Assembly: GCA_964492195.1 (NCBI GenBank)
Contig: CAZBJL010000004.1
Location: forward strand, 3,621 to 67,620
From: an uncultured Candidatus Saccharibacteria bacterium
GTDB taxonomy: Bacteria; Patescibacteriota; Minisyncoccia; Phycocordibacterales; DATGWK01
DNA: 64,000 bases
Direction: 5' to 3'
Shown here: piece by piece, positions 19,413 to 29,768 of the stretch
How the letters are laid out: each line of letters opens with the position of its first letter
Position numbering within the stretch: the first letter of the stretch is position 1
Made by a program: the position numbers and the translations under genes
The notes under the pieces: model-generated
Told to the model about the DNA's origin: nothing
The model's database searches: none
The model's input: only the letters and a program-made list of their open reading frames with translations

Positions 19413-19517
19413 CCCTAATCTCCTTTCGATTTTGGGTTACGTTTTTTGGACCAAGTTCTTCCTCTTTTATACTACATATTTTACAAAGTGCAAAGTGCAG
19501 AGCACAAACCCGTCAAT

Positions 19518-22271
19518 TTATACAAACCAACCTATGATTGAATAGAAAAACTCACGGATTGATTCACCGACAAATGAGAGAAACGAAGAAATGTCATTCG
19601 TAAGAGTACTCATTACAACTGCAAGATTTGATGATCGTCCATCCGGTAATGCAGACAATTCAACTTCGCACAGACCTGTAAACACTGTATGGATGCATGC
19701 TTGGCCGGGAAGAGTAAATGTTTTTCTGTATGTTGCTGTTGCACCTTCGGCATCGGTAACTTTTATTCCAACAGTATGTGTGCCTCCCGTTGTGAAGAAA
19801 TTACTTACCCATGCTTGATCTTGGAGACTTGAAACAGCGAGTTGGTATGTCGAGACACCGTCTGTTGTATATGTGGAAGGGTCACCATACACTCCGTCTC
19901 CGTTGAAGTCGTATTCGATCGTGATCGTTGTTCCGTCAGGGTCATATGAACCGTACGAAATAAAGAGAACGTTATTGACGCGGTCGAGTTGATGGACGGT
20001 AAACGAGGCAACAGGAGAAGAGTTGATTGAAGAATCAGAAAATGCGGGAGCCCCTGCATCTTCTGGTTGAACGATCCAGAATCCAAGAGAGGATTCACTG
20101 TCACCTGATGGGTGATAAATCACGCCCTCAGGAAATGTGATCCTGACTTGTGGGGTGAGGAAGGTAACAGGACTTTCAGAAACAAGGGTGCCTTGGACGT
20201 CCATTTGTGTGCCGTCTGGGGTAAAGCGCCAGATTTTTCTACCAGCCGACGTCATGCCGGTAAGAATGTAGTCGTCATTCCATGCTGACTTGTCGGTGAC
20301 GCGGAGGCGGCTGTTTAAATGAGAGTCTTGAGAAGCGAGGCTGTGTTTGTCTTCAAATCCAGCAACAGTGTCGAATTCATCCAACGCATAACTTAAATCC
20401 TGCTTTTCTTGCGTCGTGGTTTCACTTCCAGTCCACAACTGCAGATATTCTGCCCCTGCAAGTGCCATATGGAATACGGTTTCTGCGTATGTTCCTGCTG
20501 GTGGAGCGAGATTCACGTCGCGTTCGATGTGACTTGAGCCGGCAAAGAGGGGTGCAAGAGGTGCGTCAGGTTTTGAAAGGGCAGAAACTTTTGCCCAGTT
20601 CACTTCCTGTTTAATTTTGTTGAAATAGGTTTGATTGTAGAGATGAATCCCGTCGATTGGCACGGTGCCACCACTGAACACTTCCATGGTGTAGAGTGTG
20701 CCTCTATTTTGGTGGGTACCAAAAATTGAGCCGTCGCTGTTGTAACCGCCAGAAATGTGGGTCGTTACCGCAGTATCAAGTGGCGCATAAAACGTATCGT
20801 AATTGTAATAGTAGTCGTTAAAGTTTGTAATATCGACGTTGGGGAAATAAGAAAGGAGAGGTTCGGCCATTGCCTTATTCGTGTAACTCCTAAACCAATC
20901 CGCCAAAAGCAAACCAACATATGTCTGACAATTCACCGCTGCACACGCCGTCGGGTTACGAATAAGTGTGTCGAGAGTACCCATTTTTTGTTGCATTGGG
21001 CCGTACGCTAATTCAGTTGATCTAAAATTCGTATTCGCTTGGCTGTATTTTGGATTTGAAAGGATTAAATCAAATTTTGTTTGGTCGATTCCGCTCACGT
21101 CATTCATGAACTCATTGTCCATGGTAAGGAAATCAATCTTACCGCCTATTGCTGCGTATTCTCTGAAAAAGTTATCCCATCGGACTCGAATCGTTGAAAG
21201 CCATGTATCCATCCATGGGCATCGGTAGGGTTTTGTTACCCCGTACTGGTCAACGTATGTTGGTGTGCCACCGTTTGTGTCTGTACAGTTGTCTGCATCA
21301 CTAAAAAATCCGGTCTCGCTACCTGTCATGCCTCCAAATGACCAAGAAAACATCGCACGTGCACCTGGTTCAAATCGATCGAGGTATGCTTTTGCAAGTG
21401 CAGGGTTTGCAGAAGTTGGTTCACCGGCGCTCAAAATCCACGGAGAAATAATGTTGTGATAATCTCTTTGGTATACAGGTTCTCCTCCCGCAACGTAAAT
21501 ATGCCGAAAGGCGTACAGTGTTTTTCTTGGAACAGAAGAGCCGTTTTCCTGCGAACCATCTATACATTCTGGATCAACAGGGTAGTCAGTAAGTCCATCA
21601 CTATCGTTATCAAGGCCGTCTTGGCATTCTGCTGATGTTGTTGAGTTTGTTGTAGTTCTTGATCGCGTTGGGCCTCCACCTCCGCCGCTTGGTCTGTTTG
21701 TGATAATGCTTCCAATACCTCCAACCCCTCCTGCTGAAGGGTCGCACGGTGCGCCCGTTGTTCTACTATAGAGAGAACCTGGTACACAGCCCGGAGGTAA
21801 GATTCCCGTACTGCCTGTTGAAGCGAACACAGTGGTGGAAATCTGTGAATTAACTCGTGATCGCGTTGTTGGACCAAAAAAACCAGCAACAGGGGTAATG
21901 CGCTGTGACCTTTGATATGCAGCAAGTGCGGCTTGAGTAACGGCACCAAAGTGGCCATATTTAGAAATTGGCCGTAAAAAGCCTTTTGCAATGAGAAATT
22001 TTTGGAGTGCGGTCACATCAGCACCATTGCTTCCAACATTCAAATTTCTTGTAAATCGAAAACTACTCAAGTTTCCACTACTTCCACCACCTTGTGCGGC
22101 GATCTGGCTCTGGAGTTCGGCAATTCGAACGAGGAGGGAATTCAAGAGTGCCTGCAGTTGTTCAGTTGTTTGTGAATGAGTAGCTGAAGGAGAAAAAAGG
22201 AGGGTGGATATGATAATGAAAGACACAAGTGGCCCGGCGAGTTTCTTTATTCTGGACGTATATTTTTCCAC
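19518..22271 (-). CDS. Secreted multidomain protein: peptidoglycan-binding domain, DxDxDG motif, putative glycoside-hydrolase-like barrel, PKD domain
   Basis: Signal peptide; FTRNLNVGSNGADVTALQKFL...GFFGPTTR (PG-binding); CQDGLDNDSDGLTD; PVASFT...SYDPDG...YDFNGDG...VTDAEGAT (PKD). Confidence 0.75.
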   Translation of the reverse strand: MEKYTSRIKKLAGPLVSFIIISTLLFSPSATHSQTTEQLQALLNSLLVRIAELQSQIAAQGGGSSGNLSSFRFTRNLNVGSNGADVTALQKFLIAKGFLRPISKYGHFGAVTQAALAAYQRSQRITPVAGFFGPTTRSRVNSQISTTVFASTGSTGILPPGCVPGSLYSRTTGAPCDPSAGGVGGIGSIITNRPSGGGGGPTRSRTTTNSTTSAECQDGLDNDSDGLTDYPVDPECIDGSQENGSSVPRKTLYAFRHIYVAGGEPVYQRDYHNIISPWILSAGEPTSANPALAKAYLDRFEPGARAMFSWSFGGMTGSETGFFSDADNCTDTNGGTPTYVDQYGVTKPYRCPWMDTWLSTIRVRWDNFFREYAAIGGKIDFLTMDNEFMNDVSGIDQTKFDLILSNPKYSQANTNFRSTELAYGPMQQKMGTLDTLIRNPTACAAVNCQTYVGLLLADWFRSYTNKAMAEPLLSYFPNVDITNFNDYYYNYDTFYAPLDTAVTTHISGGYNSDGSIFGTHQNRGTLYTMEVFSGGTVPIDGIHLYNQTYFNKIKQEVNWAKVSALSKPDAPLAPLFAGSSHIERDVNLAPPAGTYAETVFHMALAGAEYLQLWTGSETTTQEKQDLSYALDEFDTVAGFEDKHSLASQDSHLNSRLRVTDKSAWNDDYILTGMTSAGRKIWRFTPDGTQMDVQGTLVSESPVTFLTPQVRITFPEGVIYHPSGDSESSLGFWIVQPEDAGAPAFSDSSINSSPVASFTVHQLDRVNNVLFISYGSYDPDGTTITIEYDFNGDGVYGDPSTYTTDGVSTYQLAVSSLQDQAWVSNFFTTGGTHTVGIKVTDAEGATATYRKTFTLPGQACIHTVFTGLCEVELSALPDGRSSNLAVVMSTLTNDISSFLSFVGESIREFFYSIIGWFV

Positions 22272-22357
22272 GTTTATTTTAAAAAAAGATTATTGCCCAA
22301 TAATAACACATCAAAACGAATCAAATATTTTGATTATTTCAATGCCAAAGCAAATAA

Positions 22358-22813
22358 TTATGAAAACAAAGATTCGACAACCGCTTTTACATCCGCACCA
22401 TCTGCCTTGCCTTTCAATTCTTTCATGAGTGAACCCATAAAAGCACCCATTTTTGTTTTATCTGTAATGCCCATTTCTTCTTTTTTCTTTTTAGCAATTT
22501 CAGTGATTTCTGGAATAGACATAAACTTCGGACTGTATTCTTCGATCATTTTGAGTTCGTTCTCCTCGGAAGTAACAAGGTCGGTACGACCACCAGTTTT
22601 AAACTGTTCGATCGAATCTTTTCTTTGTTTGATTGCGCGTAAAATAACCGCTAGTGCTTCATCGTCGGTGAGTGTTTCGTCAGGTTTTTTCTTTTTGGAT
22701 ACAAGTTCGTTTGTAAAACTTGCCATAAGTCCGCGCATAACATTGACGCGAATAGAATTTTTGTCGCGCATTGCCTGAACCATATCCACTTTGATTTTTT
22801 CTTGGAAAGTCAT
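22358..22813 (-). CDS. GatB/YqeY domain protein
   Basis: KQRKDSIEQF..GGR.DL, MGAFMG and GKADG motifs. Start ATG 22813. Confidence 0.9.
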   Translation of the reverse strand: MTFQEKIKVDMVQAMRDKNSIRVNVMRGLMASFTNELVSKKKKPDETLTDDEALAVILRAIKQRKDSIEQFKTGGRTDLVTSEENELKMIEEYSPKFMSIPEITEIAKKKKEEMGITDKTKMGAFMGSLMKELKGKADGADVKAVVESLFS

Positions 22814-22862
22814 AGTAAAATAGATGATATCACAATCCGAGTTAGTATATAATGCACAATAT

Positions 22863-23927
22863 ATGTCAGTTTCATTCGTCATACTTATCGTGGTCGCCTT
22901 GTTCTTGCTTAACGCGGGATTTATTTGGTTTATCTCTCGAAGAAAAACTGAAACTCCAAGGGAAGATGGTCAGGGCATGTCTCTGTTACTTCAACATATC
23001 AATGACTTGAGCCGGACAATTGATGCCAAAATGGGTGAAACGACAAAGCAGGTGCATGAATCCATGAAGACCCAGTTTGGTGAATCGGCAAAACTGATTC
23101 GTGACGTTACGCAAGGTCTCACAAAACTCGACGAAACCAACAAACAAGTTGTTTCTTTTGCTGACCAGCTTCAGTCTCTCCAGGATATTTTGAAAAATCC
23201 AAAACAGCGCGGAATTTTGGGCGAATATTACCTCGAAACACTTCTTAAAAACGTGTTGGCACCGAGTCAATACCAAATGCAGTATGGATTTAAAAATGGG
23301 GAAATTGTCGATGCTGCAGTTTTTGTAAAAGATAAAATTATTCCCGTTGATTCTAAATTTTCTCTAGAAAATTACAACAGAATGATTGAAACAAGTGATC
23401 CGACAGAGAAAGCTCGTCTCGAAAAGTTATTTGTGAACGATCTTAAACAGCGCATCGTGGAAACGTCAAAATACATTCGTCCGGAAGAAGGAACGATGGA
23501 TTTTGCTTTTATGTTCATCCCACACGAAGCAATTTATTACGATCTTTTGATTAACAAAATCGGGGCAATTACCGAGGATACAGAAAATTTGATCCAACGC
23601 GCGGCCGGAAAGTACAAGGTTATTATCGTCTCGCCGACGTCTTTCCTTGCGTATCTCCAAACAGTCTTACAGGGCCTTAAAGCAATGCAGATTGAGGAGA
23701 AGACTAAAGAAATCCAAAAGAATGTTTCAAACCTCATTAATCATCTCAAAAGCTATGAGGAGTACCACAATAAGCTTGGAACATCCCTTAGCACCGTTGT
23801 AAATCACTTTAATAATGGTAGTAAAGAGTTTAAAAAGATCGATAAAGACGTATTGCGCATTACTGGTACAGGCGGAGGACTTGAAACTATGGCTATAAAT
23901 AGGCCTGATACGCCAGAAAACGAGTAG
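22863..23927 (+). CDS. rmuC: DNA recombination protein RmuC
   Basis: N-terminal TM, coiled coil, NPKQRGILGE, PVDSKF, DFAFMFIP and VSPTS motifs. Confidence 0.92.
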   Translation: MSVSFVILIVVALFLLNAGFIWFISRRKTETPREDGQGMSLLLQHINDLSRTIDAKMGETTKQVHESMKTQFGESAKLIRDVTQGLTKLDETNKQVVSFADQLQSLQDILKNPKQRGILGEYYLETLLKNVLAPSQYQMQYGFKNGEIVDAAVFVKDKIIPVDSKFSLENYNRMIETSDPTEKARLEKLFVNDLKQRIVETSKYIRPEEGTMDFAFMFIPHEAIYYDLLINKIGAITEDTENLIQRAAGKYKVIIVSPTSFLAYLQTVLQGLKAMQIEEKTKEIQKNVSNLINHLKSYEEYHNKLGTSLSTVVNHFNNGSKEFKKIDKDVLRITGTGGGLETMAINRPDTPENE

Positions 23928-23995
23928 ATTAGGGTCTTTTGCTAAAACCCTTTGTTTGCTTGCACTTTTTGGCAATATAGGTAAAATAGCCTGAT

Positions 23996-24316
23996 ATGAC
24001 CGAATTTGCAGTCATCGAAACAGGAGGTAAGCAGTACCAGGTGAAATCTGGTGATGTTATTACTATTGAAAAGCTTGACGGCGACCTTAAGGCAGGGGAC
24101 AAGGTTACTTTTGACAAAGTCCTTCTTGTTGATGACGGCAAAAACACTACTATTGGTACACCATATATTTCTGGTGCAAAAGTTGAAGCTACTTTCAAAG
24201 AATTCGGCCGAGCGCAGAAAATTGACGTTATTAAATACAAACAAAAGAGTCGCTACTTCAAGAAAAATGGTCACAGACAGCCTTTCTCTAAAGTGACTAT
24301 TGAAAAGATTAAGTAA
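23996..24316 (+). CDS. rplU: 50S ribosomal protein L21
   Basis: AVIETGGKQY and GHRQPF motifs. Confidence 0.97.
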   Translation: MTEFAVIETGGKQYQVKSGDVITIEKLDGDLKAGDKVTFDKVLLVDDGKNTTIGTPYISGAKVEATFKEFGRAQKIDVIKYKQKSRYFKKNGHRQPFSKVTIEKIK

Positions 24317-24318
24317 TT

Positions 24319-24346
24319 AAAAATCCGCTGAAAAGCGGGTTTTTTT
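24319..24346. terminator. Terminator after rplU
   Basis: AAAATCCGCT-GAAA-AGCGGGTTTTTTT. Confidence 0.85.
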
Positions 24347-24422
24347 GACGAAAGGCTATCCTGGCTGCGGAAACTCTCCTGTCGGGTTGGGTTGGAGTAT
24401 AAATACAATTCGTTACTTTGAA

Positions 24423-25037
24423 TCACCTCCTGTTTCCTAACGCATTCCTCAACGTTTCTGCATCAGAATATTCGAGTTCGGTGCCCGTTGAAAGGCCACG
24501 GCCGAGGAGGGAGATTTTGAGACCTTGTGTTTTAAAGGGAGAAAGTAATTCCTGAATATAGTTCGCAGTGTTTTCGCCGTCGGCATTTGCGCTCATTGCG
24601 AGAATAATTTCTTCGAGACCATTTGCAATCCTTTTCTCTACTTCTTGGACGAGTTCACGACTACGGACCTTTCTTTCAGGTTCGGCTTCGAGGATTGGCA
24701 CAATGCCGCCGAGAACAAAATAAAATCCATCGAAAGAGCCGCTTTTTTCAAGACTTTCAAGATCACTGTCGCGAGAAACAACAGCGAGGAGGGAACTGTC
24801 TCTATTTTTATCCAAACAGATTGAGCATGTGGGCGAACTGCTCGCATTTTTACTGAAAATTCTAAAACAAGAGGTACAAGTGAGGGTGTTGGCTTTTAAA
24901 TTTTCCAGTGCGCGCACAAATTCACCTGTAAGGCTCGGTGGCTGCGTAAGAAGAAAATACACAAAGCGTTTCGCTTGGCGTGGGCCGATTCCTGGAAATT
25001 CTGAAAATATTTCTACGAGGCGATTAAAAGAATTCAT
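24423..25037 (-). CDS. recR: Recombination mediator RecR
   Basis: FPGIGPRQAKR, C4 Zn finger, YFVLGG and GTELEYSD motifs. Confidence 0.95.
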   Translation of the reverse strand: MNSFNRLVEIFSEFPGIGPRQAKRFVYFLLTQPPSLTGEFVRALENLKANTLTCTSCFRIFSKNASSSPTCSICLDKNRDSSLLAVVSRDSDLESLEKSGSFDGFYFVLGGIVPILEAEPERKVRSRELVQEVEKRIANGLEEIILAMSANADGENTANYIQELLSPFKTQGLKISLLGRGLSTGTELEYSDAETLRNALGNRR

Positions 25038-25087
25038 AGAATGTAATAAAAATTGAGCAAAATTGTAACGGAAATATGCGGTGAATT

Positions 25088-26515
25088 TTAGAGATCAGCA
25101 AATTCTTTTTCTGCACCGCCGTACTCGCTCTTTGTCAGGCTCTGAAAGGTAACTTTTTTGTCATTAAAGAAGAGTTCAACTTTTCCCGTTTCGCCGTTTC
25201 GGTGTTTTTCAATAAGAATTTCAGCGATGTTGTTTTTGTCGGCTTGTTCTTTGTACTTGTCTTCGCGATGAATAAACATGACAACGTCGGCGTCCTGTTC
25301 GATCGAACCGGAGTCGCGAAGGTCGGAGAGACGAGGTCGGCCTCCGCGTTGTTCGACGGCACGGGAAAGCTGGGAAAGGGCAAGAACAGGCACGTCGAGT
25401 TCGCGGGCAAGATTTTTGAGCGAACGGGAAATTTCCGTGACTTGCTGAACGACGTTGTCATTGCCGCGCGAGTTTGTGGGTACCATGAGCTGGAGGTAGT
25501 CGACAATGAGGAGCTTCAAGCCCTTTTCGCTTTTGAGACGGCGGGCAACAGAGCGCATTTTGAGAATGTTATTTCCTGGCTGGTCGTCAATGTAGATTGG
25601 TGCTTTGGAAAGTTCATCAAGTGAACGGCGAATTGATTCGAATTCGTCTTCACGACTCAACTTTCCTGTTCGGAGTTTCCACGCGTCGACGTCGGATTGT
25701 GACGCAAGCATTCTGTCGACAAGCTGCTGTGAGCTCATTTCCAAAGAAAAAATACCAACAGGTGTATTGTGTTTAATTGCAGACATGCGAGCAATGTCGA
25801 GTGCGAGCGATGTTTTTCCCATTGAAGGTCGAGCAGCCAAAATAATGAGATCGGATTTTTGAAAGCCCGAAAGTTTATTGTCGAGTTCGATAAAACCCGT
25901 TGAAACTCCACGGAGGCCTTCTTTGGAATTGTGAAGTTTGTCGAGACGCTCCCAGGCTTCGGTTAATTCATCTTTGAGTTCGATGAATTTGTGAACGGAA
26001 GAGAAGTTTGTAACATCAAACACGTGTTTTTCTGCGCGATCGAGAACTTCTTCGAGCTCGGTGGATTCTTCGTAGCCTAGATTTGAAATATGTTCGGCGG
26101 CTTCGATGAGGCGACGCATCATAAACTTTCGTTGAACAATTTCAGCGTAGTATTTTGCATTCGTTGCAGTTGGAACACCTTGCACGAGTTCGGCAAGAAA
26201 TGTTGAACCGCCAATCTGGTCGAGTTGCCCTCGCTCTTTAAGGTGAGCTGACACTGAAAGCAAATCAATCGGATTGCTTCGTTTGAAAAGATCAAACATT
26301 GCACCGATCACAATTCGATGTTTTTCAGAATAAAAAGATTCTTTGGTGATGATGTCGGTAATTTCAAACATCGAGTCTGGACGCTGCATGACAGACCCAA
26401 GGAGCGCTGCTTCTGCATCGAGATTTTGTGGAGGAATTCGAAGACTGTTTCTTGTATTCGCCATGCTCACCATACTAGCAGAGCGGGCAGGGTAATTTGA
26501 GTTCGTTTTTGGCAT
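25088..26515 (-). CDS. dnaB: Replicative DNA helicase
   Basis: PPQNLDAE, AARPSMGKT, VDYLQL, SQLSR and DLRDSGSIEQDAD motifs; no intein. Confidence 0.97.
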   Translation of the reverse strand: MPKTNSNYPARSASMVSMANTRNSLRIPPQNLDAEAALLGSVMQRPDSMFEITDIITKESFYSEKHRIVIGAMFDLFKRSNPIDLLSVSAHLKERGQLDQIGGSTFLAELVQGVPTATNAKYYAEIVQRKFMMRRLIEAAEHISNLGYEESTELEEVLDRAEKHVFDVTNFSSVHKFIELKDELTEAWERLDKLHNSKEGLRGVSTGFIELDNKLSGFQKSDLIILAARPSMGKTSLALDIARMSAIKHNTPVGIFSLEMSSQQLVDRMLASQSDVDAWKLRTGKLSREDEFESIRRSLDELSKAPIYIDDQPGNNILKMRSVARRLKSEKGLKLLIVDYLQLMVPTNSRGNDNVVQQVTEISRSLKNLARELDVPVLALSQLSRAVEQRGGRPRLSDLRDSGSIEQDADVVMFIHREDKYKEQADKNNIAEILIEKHRNGETGKVELFFNDKKVTFQSLTKSEYGGAEKEFADL

Positions 26516-26533
26516 AGTACGTTTACAAGATGT

Positions 26534-27967
26534 TTATAGCTTTGTATCAAAAGACACTAAGCTGCGATGAATTCGTGATCCGTCAACACTGTCGTCGACA
26601 AAGTAGCCCATATTCTCTAGATTTTTTCGGAGTTCGTCTGCCTTATTCCAATTTTTTGCTGTACGAAATGTTTCTCGCTCAATTGATATTTTCTTAATAC
26701 TTTCTGGAATATCTTTTATGTAGACGGCCATGTCTTTGAGACGAAGTCCAAGCACTTTGTCGAATTCTTCGATTATCTTTACATCGCATGAACCAGAAAC
26801 AATTTCATCAACTGTTTTGTGGAGAAGGGCAATACAACTTGGAGTGTCCAAATCATTTTCGATTAATTTCAAAAGTTCTTTTTTAGTTTTCGCTAGAGAA
26901 GTATGTGGAGTAAAAAAAGATACAATTCTTCCACGTTTTTTCTTGAAAGAACTGTCAGCAATTTTTCTCACAATTGACTCAAGTGCATTTTGAGCAGCAC
27001 GAACGGCTTCCAGACTAAATAAAACCGGCGTTCGGTAGTGTGCCGTGAGGAGCCAATATCGATAGGCAAGGGGATTGATCCCGTTTTCTTCAAGAGTTTG
27101 TAAACGAAGAAAATTACCCTCGGATTTTGCCATTTTTCCGCTCTCAACATTCACAAATGCACTATGCATCCAAAATCGAGAAAAAAGTTTACCCGTTGCG
27201 GATTCCGACTGGGCAATTTCATTGTTGTGATGCACAGGAATGTGATCAATTCCCCCGGTATGAATGTCGAGAGTCTCGCCCAAATATTTCATAGACATTG
27301 CAGAACATTCAATGTGCCAGCCAGGGAAGCCAACGCCCCATGGTGACGGCCATTCTTGTTCGCGTTTATCCTCTGGGTGAGAAAATTTCCACAAAGCAAA
27401 GTCAGTTGGATTTTTCTTTTCAGGATTTTTGGCAATGCGAGCACCTTCTTCCATATGTGCAAGATCAATATGTCCGAGATCGCCATATTTTTTAAAAAGG
27501 GACGTATTAAAGTAAAGTCCGTCAGAGGTTTTATACACAAAACCTTTTTTCTCAAGTGTTGTAATGAGTTCTATTTGTTCACTGATGTGATCGGTCGCTT
27601 TTGGGAATAGAGTTCCAAATGTATTGATATTTAATTTTTTAATATCAGCAAAAAAAGCCTGGGTATAAAAATCTGCAATTTCAGTTGCCTTTTTGTGTTC
27701 GCGTTTTGCCTCTTCTTCAACCTTGTCTAACCCAGAATCACTGTCATTTGTAAGATGTCCAACGTCGGTAATGTTTATGACTTGCGTAACATGTAAACCA
27801 ACGTATTCAAGAGCACGTCGAAGCGTATCTGCGAACACATACGCACGAAGATTTCCAATGTGGGCGTAGTTGTACACAGTCGGCCCGCAGTGATACATTC
27901 GAATTTTTTTTCCATCAGCTGGCTCGAGGAGCTCAATTTTTTCTGAAGAAGTATTAAAGAGTTGCAT
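26534..27967 (-). CDS. cysS: Cysteine--tRNA ligase
   Basis: [24 protein letters not shown] and KMAKS motifs. Confidence 0.97.
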   Translation of the reverse strand: MQLFNTSSEKIELLEPADGKKIRMYHCGPTVYNYAHIGNLRAYVFADTLRRALEYVGLHVTQVINITDVGHLTNDSDSGLDKVEEEAKREHKKATEIADFYTQAFFADIKKLNINTFGTLFPKATDHISEQIELITTLEKKGFVYKTSDGLYFNTSLFKKYGDLGHIDLAHMEEGARIAKNPEKKNPTDFALWKFSHPEDKREQEWPSPWGVGFPGWHIECSAMSMKYLGETLDIHTGGIDHIPVHHNNEIAQSESATGKLFSRFWMHSAFVNVESGKMAKSEGNFLRLQTLEENGINPLAYRYWLLTAHYRTPVLFSLEAVRAAQNALESIVRKIADSSFKKKRGRIVSFFTPHTSLAKTKKELLKLIENDLDTPSCIALLHKTVDEIVSGSCDVKIIEEFDKVLGLRLKDMAVYIKDIPESIKKISIERETFRTAKNWNKADELRKNLENMGYFVDDSVDGSRIHRSLVSFDTKL

Positions 27968-28019
27968 CCGAATATTTTAGCATGACTCCCGTTTGACTCT
28001 ACTCCCGCGCTTTGAGACA

Positions 28020-29264
28020 ATGAAAATATACATGTCAGATAGTAGAAAGCGACTCGTCTATTCAGTGCTCACTCTCCTTATTATAGGAGGTTCTTTTTTA
28101 ATCGGTTACCGAACAGGCTTTGCAGGGAAGTCCCAAGTTTCTTCTCAGCTTTCTGTTCAGAATTCTTTGCCGACGGAAAATATTGGTGCGGATTTTTATC
28201 CGTTTTGGAAAGCATGGCAGCTTCTCGATGAAAAATTTGCACCAACGTCGACATCCACAAATGCAAAAGGCACAAGCCAGGAACGAATTTGGGGGGCAAT
28301 CAGCGGTATGGTTGATTCTTTAGGTGATCCATATACTGTCTTTTTACCCCCTGAAGAAGCCAAAATCTTTGAAAGTGATATTTCCGGAAACTTTGAAGGT
28401 GTTGGAATGGAAATAGGCGTTCGTGATGGAGTTCTTACAGTTATTGCACCACTTAAAGGTACACCGGCCTTCCGCGCAGGTATCAAGCCAGCCGATATTA
28501 TTCTCAAAATTGATGGTGTAACAACAGAAAAACTCAATGCTGACCAAGCCGTGAAGTTGATTCGCGGAAAAGTAGGAACAAAAGTCATGCTCACCATTCT
28601 TCACGAAAAATCAGAAACTCCTGTTGAGGTCGCAGTTACTCGAGCAGTTATAGATATTCCAACAATTGAATCAGAACTTCGTGCAGACGGAATCTTCGTC
28701 ATCCGACTCTACAGCTTCTCTTCAAATTCTCCTGATCTTTTCCGAAGCGCTCTTCGTGAATTCGTCCGAACTGGTTCAGACAAGCTTATTATCGATCTTC
28801 GTGGCAACCCTGGAGGTTTCCTCGAAGCTGCGGTGGATATGGCAAGTTGGTTCTTGCCCACAGGTAAGGTCGTGGTAAGTGAATCCTACAAAGACGGTCG
28901 TGATCCAATCATCCATCGAAGCCGCGGGTACGACATTTTTGACAGCAAGCTTAAAACAGCGATACTTATTGACCGAGGCTCGGCTTCCGCAGCAGAAATT
29001 TTGGCCGGAGCGCTTTCTGAAAATGGGGTGGCGACACTTGTCGGAACAACGTCATTTGGAAAGGGATCAGTTCAGGAACTTATCAAAATCACCCCAGATT
29101 CATCGCTTAAGGTTACAGTGGCTCAATGGCTCACACCAAACGGTCATTCGATCTCTGCCGCTGGCCTCAAGCCTGATATTGAAGTAAGCGCAACTGAAGA
29201 CGATGTTAAGAAGGGCCGAGATCCACAACTTGTGTCAGCCGTACAATTTTTACTGAAAAAATAA
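28020..29264 (+). CDS. C-terminal processing peptidase (S41A, PDZ)
   Basis: LGDPYT, FEGVG, DLRGNPGG, SASAAEI and SFGKGSVQ motifs. Start 28020 or 28032. Confidence 0.92.
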   Translation: MKIYMSDSRKRLVYSVLTLLIIGGSFLIGYRTGFAGKSQVSSQLSVQNSLPTENIGADFYPFWKAWQLLDEKFAPTSTSTNAKGTSQERIWGAISGMVDSLGDPYTVFLPPEEAKIFESDISGNFEGVGMEIGVRDGVLTVIAPLKGTPAFRAGIKPADIILKIDGVTTEKLNADQAVKLIRGKVGTKVMLTILHEKSETPVEVAVTRAVIDIPTIESELRADGIFVIRLYSFSSNSPDLFRSALREFVRTGSDKLIIDLRGNPGGFLEAAVDMASWFLPTGKVVVSESYKDGRDPIIHRSRGYDIFDSKLKTAILIDRGSASAAEILAGALSENGVATLVGTTSFGKGSVQELIKITPDSSLKVTVAQWLTPNGHSISAAGLKPDIEVSATEDDVKKGRDPQLVSAVQFLLKK

Positions 29265-29274
29265 TATATTCACC

Positions 29275-29718
29275 ATGAAAGTAATATTCAAACGCGATCT
29301 CGCAAAAATTGGCAAAAAGTACCAAGTCAAAAATGTTTCAAACGGATATGCAATAAATTTCCTTATCCCAAACGGATACGCGGTTGCAGCAACACCACAG
29401 GCGGAAAAAGAGCTTGAAACCCTCAAAATGACCATGGGTGCTGAAAAGAATATCCAGGACAGCTTGCTCCAAAAGAACCTTAAAACAATATCTGAAACGA
29501 AGCTCACCATTGCAAGCAAGGCAAATGAAAAAGGCCATTTGTTTTCTGGAATTCACAAAGAGCAAATCATTACTGAATTACAAAGCCAAATGCATATTGG
29601 CGTTCCTACAGATTTTGTTCATCTCGAAAAACCTCTCAAAGAAATAGGGGAGCATAAGGTAAAAATTGGCAGTGAAGATAAGAACGTAACACTCATGGTT
29701 CACATCGTTGCGGCGTAG
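29275..29718 (+). CDS. rplI: 50S ribosomal protein L9
   Basis: MKVIF, GYAINFLIP, GHLFSGI and PLKEIGEH motifs. Confidence 0.95.
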   Translation: MKVIFKRDLAKIGKKYQVKNVSNGYAINFLIPNGYAVAATPQAEKELETLKMTMGAEKNIQDSLLQKNLKTISETKLTIASKANEKGHLFSGIHKEQIITELQSQMHIGVPTDFVHLEKPLKEIGEHKVKIGSEDKNVTLMVHIVAA

Positions 29719-29736
29719 TTCTAAAATAGAGACAAG

Positions 29737-29766
29737 AAAAAACCACCCGAGCAACGGGTGGTTTTT
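29737..29766. terminator. Bidirectional terminator between rplI and rpmA
   Basis: AAAAAACCACCCG-AGCAA-CGGGTGGTTTTT. Confidence 0.9.
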
Positions 29767-29768
29767 AA

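Noticed and set aside
18987-22357. Integrative element at tRNA-Glu
   Set aside because: No integrase and no duplicated tRNA 3' end was found by eye. It is at most a variable region.
25088-26515. Intein or intron in dnaB
   Set aside because: Length (475 aa) and motifs are contiguous, with no insertion.
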